Shown in pieces: positions 1-6,379 of a stretch of 64,000 nucleotides of DNA. Position 1 is the first letter of the stretch. Each line of letters opens with the position of its first letter. The DNA is taken from the NCBI GenBank assembly GCA_046563655.1, contig JAJCTO010000009.1, positions 620,001 through 684,000 of the forward strand, read 5' to 3'. A program made the translations under genes and the position numbers. Source of the DNA: Yuukianura sp. NJ FZ-2021. Its lineage: Eukaryota. Below the pieces are notes generated by a model, which saw nothing but the letters and a program-made list of their open reading frames with translations, was not told the DNA's origin and did not search any database.

Positions 1-373
1 AGCTCAAAGGAGAAGTGCCGGTGAAATGACAAGCGCGACCTCACTACAAATACCAACCAGTACTCATTTTGACATCATGATACACAATGACTCAGACGGC
101 AACTGAACTTCAGGGGAAATCCCATTATTACATTTTCTAAATCAAAATCGAACATTCAGCATTATTTGTTATTTTGATTAAAATTTTTAGAAAATACTTT
201 TTTATGTCATACTACCACCTTGCACTTCCAATAAAGCACATCTGAAAAACTGGTGTTCAACACTAATCTGGAATTATATTTTAGCCCAACTCCACTATGC
301 AACAAGTGCATAAATCTGACTGTCATTTTGGTATAAACTAATGTGGGAACTATACAACGAAGTTTTAAACATA
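1..373. repeat. Partial ~508-bp satellite unit, left of the LTR insertion
   Basis: Same sequence as the downstream array (agctcaaaggagaagtgccgg...gaagttttaaacata), broken at CATA by the LTR element. Confidence 0.97.
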
Positions 374-756
374 TGAGACGCCTGCTCGTCCATAGCGTTA
401 GTAGAGTGTTAGGATAGGGGCAAGGTGAGATGACGATGTGGCTCGCGGTAGATTTGAGTTGAGGCGAGGAGCGAGCGAGCAGAGGAGTTTTGTATAGAGT
501 TAGTCAGTCTGGTTTTGGGATTGTGGGAGAGAGGAGATCAGAGTTAGATATTATTTAGTGATGATTGATTATTGTGTATATTGATTATTTTTCATCAGTT
601 ATTAAATATATTTTATATATTTAACCACTGATGTGGTTTTGGTGTTTCGGTGAGTTTTGGTCTTTGGGCAGTTGTGGGATCTGCTGATCAGTGATGAGAG
701 TCTGAGGGCGTGGCTGCGGCCATATTTCTGGAGGAGTAGCGGTGCGAGACGCTACA
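374..756 (+). repeat. 5' LTR
   Basis: Direct repeat of 2754-3136. By eye they differ by 3 substitutions and 2 single-base indels. Confidence 0.95.
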
Positions 757-759
757 CAG

Positions 760-769
760 TGGCGACCGT
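760..769 (+). promoter_or_regulatory. Primer-binding site (tRNA-Arg type, as in 412/mdg1-group Gypsy elements)
   Basis: TGGCGACCGT 3 nt after the LTR end, complementary to a tRNA 3' end ...ACGGUCGCCA. The tRNA-Arg assignment is from recall and was not searched. Confidence 0.8.
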
Positions 770-1770
770 TCGTGACACAACTACCAAAGGTCAGTGAGCT
801 CATTAAAGGTCAAATGCGTTTGACCCGAAATTTTGGTAAAAATAGTGAAAAATCATGATCAGCTGCGGTTGTTCATCAAAAGTGGAAGTGCATGGAGTCA
901 TTGCGATGGCTTTCATAGTGTCTAGGAGTCACGATTAGTGGCTCCAATCATGTCAAAGGTCACCGATGACCAAAAAGAAGATAATTAGTGAAGTGTACAG
1001 TGCATATGGATAAACCAAGTTAGAAGAAGCATGGTAATGTATTAATGTAGTGATATAGAAAAAAAAATTGTTGCTGCGGCAATGCATGTGGTAGTGGAAA
1101 GCATGCAGAAGGTAGTTCAAAAGTTAGCAGAGGGAGTCGCTGCGGTGGCTCCAATCAGTGGTGGAAGTGATCAGACAGGAGCTCATTTCGGCCCTGGGAA
1201 TGGTGAAATTCACTTCAGCACCATGCCAGTTGATAGTTCCAAAGTCTGCTACTATGAAGTAGGCGGCAGTAGTGTAGATATGTGATGTGAATAAGTTAGT
1301 GCAGTGATTGTGCGGTTGAAGTGATCCAAAAATGTCAAAGTTGTGACAAAGTGAATTCAAAATTTTAAAAAGTGAAAAGATGAAGAGTGATGAAAGTGAT
1401 AATTTAAAAAATCATAGAAATTGCTCAAATGGCAAAGGACTCAACCCAGTTGGCTCCAATTTAAGAATAATTTATGGAAGATGTGGTTTTTGCGGAAATT
1501 ATGGTGGAAGTGTGTGCCATTATGGAAGGAAGTGTTGTGCATCACTCGTTAAAAAACTTGTAAATAGTTAAAATTATTATTAGTGTGAGTGCCCAGGGAG
1601 TTGCGTTTTAGCAGCTCCAATCAAGTGTAAATAGTGTGTTCCGGGAAGATAATGCAGTGAGAAGTGGATTGTGAAGTGAGAAGTCTAGTGATGACTGTTG
1701 ATAGTGAGAATTTGTATGACCACGAAGGTGGCATACTGCAGAATGATGGACTCAAAGGAGGTCACATTAA

Positions 1771-1941
1771 AGAGAGCATTTGCCCGGCCACGTTGCTGAA
1801 GTGCGGTGTTACTCTAGCTCCAAACAGTGAGCTTTTACAAAAAATGCTACGGAGGGTCTCAATCCCTCAAAATCAAGAAGAGAGCGTTTGCCCGGCCACG
1901 TTGCTGAAGTGCGGCGTTACTCTAGCTCCTCATTGTGAGCT
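1771..1941 (+). repeat. Two copies (offset 108 bp) of a ~63-nt structured motif in the LTR element interior
   Basis: agagagcRtttgcccggccacgttgctgaagtgcggYgttactctagctc-N8-gagct at 1771-1833 and 1879-1941. Confidence 0.85.
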
Positions 1942-2043
1942 TAATAGTGCTGCGGTGCTAAAAAGTAAAATTTAAAAGTGAGTGCATGTGTAGTGAAGTG
2001 AATATTATTGGAAAAAATCAGTTGAATTGGATTGTTTCGCTTC

Positions 2044-2461
2044 AAGTTCTGTGTTGTTGAGGGTCTCACTGTCCCGTTAAGTGAAGGAAGGAGGAACACA
2101 GAGTTTGTCGCTGTGCAGGAGAGTGAAATTATTGAACTTTATATGTGTATTCAGGGTCTTATCCCCTAAAAAAGATTAAACAATGAAAAAATGAAAAAAG
2201 TTTTTGTAAGTGTGTCAAAGTGAATTAATTGGCTTTTTATTTGATGGAAGTGCTGCGGTTTTGTCTACAAATTCTGAGTTGTTTGGGTCTCACTGTCCCG
2301 TAAAGTGAAGGAAGGTGGAACTCAGAATCTGTAGCAGCAGAAAGGAGTCAAGTCATTGGCTTCAAAGTGTTTGTGTTGTTGTGGTGCTCATTGTCTGCAA
2401 TTTCGACTGTTGGGGGTCTCACTGTCCCGTATAAAGTGATGGAAGGTGGAGTCGCAAATTG
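2044..2461 (+). repeat. Three copies of a conserved core enclosed by different long stems
   Basis: gggtctcactgtcccgt(N1-3)aagtgaWggaaggWgg within 2044-2106, 2265-2334 and 2398-2461, each bracketed by its own inverted repeat. Confidence 0.85.
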
Positions 2462-2740
2462 GTGGAAATGCAGTGGCAGTGGAGTCCATTAATGGGCTCC
2501 AATCCAGTTTATTTTGAAAAAATTAGTGAAAGTGTAAGTGTTGACGTGATGGATCATCAGGGAGGAATCCGATGCTGCGGTTGACGATTACTATGATGAA
2601 GACTCCGCTGATGTCCATGATGAGATGACTGTGGGGATGATGCCGATCGCGATGGAGTTGCAGAGATTCGGGAGTAGCAGTCGTCTGCGGAGCTGCTGCA
2701 GTTGGATGTCGCCCGTGGTTCGACTGGAACGCCATCCATC

Positions 2741-2751
2741 GGAAGGGGGAA
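2741..2751 (+). promoter_or_regulatory. Polypurine tract
   Basis: GGAAGGGGGAA immediately upstream of the 3' LTR start at 2754. Confidence 0.85.
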
Positions 2752-2753
2752 CG

Positions 2754-3136
2754 TGAGACGCCTGCTCGTCCATAGCGTTAGTAGAGTGTTAGGATAGGGG
2801 CAGGTTGAGATGATGATGTGGCTCGCGGTAGATTTGAGTTGAGGCGAGGAGCGAGCGAGCAGAGGAGTTTTGTATAGAGTTAGTCAGTCTGGTTTTGGGA
2901 TTGTGGGAGAGAGGAGATCAGAGTTAGATATTATTTTAGTGATGATTGATTATTGTGTATATTGATTATTTTTCATCGTTATTAAATATATTTTATATAT
3001 TTAACCACTGATGTGGTTTTGGTGTTTCGGTGAGTTTTGGTCTTTGGGCAGTTGTGGGATCTGCTGATCAGTGATGAGAGTCTGAGGGCGTGGCTGCGGC
3101 CATATTTCTGGAGGAGTAGCGGTGCGAGACGCTACA
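2754..3136 (+). repeat. 3' LTR
   Basis: Direct repeat of 374-756, followed by the TSD CATA and resumption of the satellite in exact register. Confidence 0.95.
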
Positions 3137-3944
3137 CATACCGAAAAATGGAATTTATGCCTTGTTATCGCTTATAACCATCTTCATGGAACGCATCTAA
3201 TACCGGTCCACTTTGTCGTAGTGCATCAACGACTATTACATACGGTGAACCACTTGTTGTCAGCCTTCATCTTTGAGCTCAAAGGAGAAGTGCCGGTGAA
3301 ATGACAAGCTCTCCCTCACTACAAATAACAACCAGTACTCATTTTGACACCATGATACACAATAACTCCGACGGCAATGGAGCTTCAGGGGATCCCATCA
3401 TTACATTTTCTAAATCAAAATCGAACATTCAGCATTATTTGTTATTTTGATTAAAATTTTTAGAAAATACTTTTTTATGTCATACTACCACCTTGCACTT
3501 CCAATAAAGCACACCTGAAAAACTGGTGTTCAACACTAATCTGGAATTATATTTTAGCCCAACTCCACTATGCAACAAGTGCATAAATCTGACTGTCATT
3601 TTGGTATAAACTAATGTGGGAACTATACAACGAAGTTTTAAAAATACCGAAAAATGGAATTTATGCCTTGTTATCGCTTATAACCATCTTCATGGAACGC
3701 ATCTAATACCGGTCCACTTTGTCGTAGTGCATCAACGACTATTACATACGGTGAACCACTTGTTGTCAGCCTTCATCTTTGAGCTCAAAGGAGAAGTGCC
3801 GGTGAAATGACAAGCGCGACCTCACTACAAATACCAACCAGTACTCATTTTGACACCATGATACACAATGACTCAGACGGCAACTGAACTTCAGGGGAAA
3901 TCACATTATTACATTTTCTATAGCAAAATCGAACATTCAGCATT
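3137..3944. repeat. ~1.6 satellite units between the two retroelements
   Basis: Matches the array consensus. Confidence 0.97.
3667..3814 (+). ncRNA. Candidate structured RNA core of the satellite unit (representative copy; one per unit), family unknown
   Basis: Near-invariant across copies while the adjacent ~240 bp is polymorphic. Closing helix CTTGTTAT/ATGACAAG plus internal helices. I recognise no match to known snRNA, 5S, tRNA or SL families. Confidence 0.3.
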
Positions 3945-4017
3945 TTTTTTTTTTTTCTACTTAAAACATTTTTATTTCTGAACCTTAATTTAAAAACACT
4001 TGGATGAAACTTAAATA

Positions 4018-5121
4018 CTAGAGATAAAATATTTCCAATAATTCTCTTCCGGGAGGAAGCGTTCCTAAGATTGAGGCACAGTTGCCACGTTGCATTTCAA
4101 GGCTAATTCTCTGGAAAAGGAATGACGTGGCTTTTTGTTCCCCAGTGTAGTCAGCAATCCGTTGGCCAATAGACTTCAGTATCTTCAGACCTTCGTCTCC
4201 AATGACCCCGGATGATTCAATTGCGATGATTGATACGATGAAACGATCTTCAAGTTCTGCGTAGACGTTATGTTTGTGTGTTTCGGCGAGAGCAGCGGCA
4301 TGTCCGCAGACGTTTGAACATGAGTGGACATAGGATGATGCAAACGTATCCCGACATGTAAAATCCCACGCTAAGGAACGACCAGACTTCCAAGGAATTA
4401 ATGTGATGCCATCTGGTCGTTTTCCGTCAGATCTCGAACAACCGGGCGGTTCCTTGATGCTTGGAATTCCTGCTGAGCGAAGCGCTCGAAAGATTAAGTC
4501 GTTGACAGAGTTATGTCTGGAGTGGCGTCCAGCGCTTTTTAAACAGCTAAGGCCGTGAAGTCCGTCGCTAGAAACTTGAGCTCCGCAAACACATTTGTGT
4601 GAAAGGCAGATATCTGAGCCGAGGCGTAGAGCACATGAGATTCTGAAGCATTCGTTATTTAGCAGGGTGCCAAGTTGAGGAGAAGGAATCGCGTTCAGCC
4701 AGTCACCGGCATGTGGAGAAGCGACAGCAAGAAGGCGAGCTTTGTCAGTAGGTGTTGAGCAATTGTTAAGCAGCTCGTTGTAGGTACTTTGACTGATTTC
4801 AAAGTCCCATTGTCTTTGTATTTTTGGATTTTCTGGAAGCACGAATCCTTTCTCTAACCATTGTGTAGAAGCCAGATCCAAAGACAGATCGGAACGTGAC
4901 AGATTGCTTGGCAGAAAGAGGTCGACGAGATCAGAACAGCAGTGGATTGAAGCCAAAAATGAAACGGTAGCACAATCGACTGCATGACGGATTCCCAGAC
5001 CTCCTTGGGACACAGGAAGAGAAGATTGTCGCCAAGAGGAATCTGATAAGTTGATGTTCAGGGTGTTCACTAAGACTTGACGAAGACAATTGTCGTAGGT
5101 GGTCAGTAGGTCGTTTTCCAG
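4018..5121 (-). pseudogene. Thumb, CCHC zinc knuckle and RLE endonuclease portion of the retrotransposon ORF
   Basis: LPVSQGGLG; CVC...HGLSC (CCHC); RHN; RPDG...AWDFT...AETHKHNVY (PD-(D/E)xK-type RLE); IESSG. The N-terminal 33 aa of track ORF 4018-5226 derive from the inserted transposon. Confidence 0.92.
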
Positions 5122-5126
5122 GAATG

Positions 5127-5656
5127 CACTATGGGCCGGATAGGCTTTGTGTTTGGTAAAAATTATAATAAGTGAAATAATATAACATGTAGTCAGTGAC
5201 CCCTTACGACTAAACGACTGAACCAAAGTATTGAGACCTATATATTTTCGGAATCAGCAGGTCAAGAGCTTTCCAACGACACCTTGTTTGTGTGGGGTCG
5301 TCATAGGATGACCTCTTGACCTCTGGTGACCTTCGATAGGCCGTTTCAGACGCACTACTGCGAAAATGCAAAAAAGGGCAGCAGTGTATGTTCTATAGAG
5401 TATGACCTTCCTATTAGCGCTTAGAGTTTCAAAATACATAGTGGAACCTAGGGGAACGGGCTGATTTACTACAAGCCCATACACTGCAATGCTAAATCCC
5501 AACTTCCGCTTGCCATAATGAAATGACGAAGGGCCCTAAAGCTTAGCCCTTGCGTGAAAAAAAAGTCCACATACTGGAGAGACTTTTTAGGCCTGCAACA
5601 CTAAAATCGCTTACATCGACTAAATACCAGCCACGAGGCCTACCCGGCCCATAGTG
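5127..5656. mobile_element. Non-autonomous Transib-superfamily DNA transposon (MITE-like, 530 bp)
   Basis: Imperfect ~32-bp TIRs: CACTATGGGCCGGATAGGCTTTGTGTTTGGTA (left) and CACTATGGGCCGGGTAGGCCTCGTGGCTGGTA (right, reverse complement). 5-bp TSD GAATG at 5122-5126 and 5657-5661. CAC-heptamer ends with a 5-bp TSD are characteristic of Transib/RAG-like elements. No transposase ORF. Confidence 0.88.
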
Positions 5657-6379
5657 GAATGATGGGAAGCAACGTAGGAAGTAGATCAGCCTCGGGGTAG
5701 AAATAGATGCTCTTAGGAGGAATAGAGCGGCGTGGGCAGGTAATAAAGAGAGCCTTGCAGAGAGGCGACTGAAATCTTCTGTTTTCTTTTTGATTATACG
5801 ACGACAGGAAGCAGTGTTTAGAGGTGCACCGAGGAGTTCTGCGTTTTCTTCATCAGGGACCCCAATGTCGTCAGCAAACGCGCGAAAAGACTTCACAATT
5901 GAGGAACTTTCAGATGGACTTGCGTTGAGGACAATAATTTCGCATTTCTTGAAGTTTAGATGTAGGCCAAAAGTAGCAGCATCTTTGTCAATTCGCTTCA
6001 GTTCGGATAGCACGGCCTCAGGAGAGTCTCCAATAGTAGCATCATCAAGGTACCAAACATTAAATTCCGTCTTGATAGAAGTAGCCATAGGATGGACTGT
6101 CAGGGCAAAGAGGGCTGGACCAAGGGGATCCCCCTGTTGCACACCTAGGCTGGACTTGATTCTGCAGGATCCGTAGAACAAGTCGGAATCAGTTGAGTAG
6201 GCTTGAGATACAAAATTGTAGAAGTCAGGGAAGGTATGTTTTACTGATTGCAGCATTTTGTCCCTTCTAATTAGATTAAATGCGTTCCGGAAGTCCATCT
6301 TGAGCAGCACCTTGGGGGATGAATGAGGAGTATTCGTGTAGATTCTAGCAGCATGGGCAACTGCTTCTGCTCCGTTCTT
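5657..6379 (-). pseudogene. Reverse transcriptase portion of the retrotransposon ORF (5'-truncated, interrupted by the Transib-like insert)
   Basis: Motifs KMDFRNAFN, GVQQGDPLGPALF, WYLDD, GLHLNFKKCE, LLGAPL. The 'ML' start comes from target DNA. The C-terminus of track ORF 5543-6385 after CFPSF reads into the inserted transposon. Confidence 0.92.

Larger units (their letters stand above)
374..3136 (+). mobile_element. Non-autonomous LTR retroelement (Ty3/Gypsy-like termini, TRIM/LARD-like, no gag/pol)
   Basis: Two 383-bp direct repeats TGAGACG...GCTACA (TG...CA). 4-bp TSD CATA at 370-373 and 3137-3140. PBS just inside the 5' LTR and PPT just before the 3' LTR. The ~2-kb interior has no ORF over 103 aa and no gag/pol motifs. 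Confidence 0.93.
3945..6377 (-). mobile_element. 5'-truncated non-LTR retrotransposon with RT and restriction-like endonuclease (CRE-clade-like)
   Basis: Poly(T) at 3943-3956 (= poly(A) tail). AATAAA on the minus strand at 3971-3976 in a ~60-nt 3' UTR. TSD TTCAGCATT at 3936-3944 and 6378-6386. RT and RLE motifs are in the encoded protein. Confidence 0.93.

Noticed and set aside
621..2773. Short ORFs in the LTR element as gag or accessory genes
   Set aside because: All 103 aa or shorter with no CCHC, protease, RT or integrase motif. The repeat in ORF 1664-1975 reflects the duplicated nucleotide motif.
3667..3814. Hammerhead ribozyme in the satellite (GAAA followed by a helix closing on ATC)
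   Set aside because: No CUGANGA core on either strand (ATCTAAT sits in that position) and stem I does not form.
3137..3944. Unit as a 5S rRNA, tRNA, U1/U2/U5 or spliced-leader gene
   Set aside because: Only 7-10-nt matches (ATCGCTT, GCATAAATCT). No convincing A/B/C boxes, cloverleaf, or SL donor plus Sm-site arrangement.
5254..6176. ORFs 5254-5502 (-) and 5790-6176 (+)
   Set aside because: The first lies within the MITE and has no transposase motif. The second is the antisense shadow of the RT frame.
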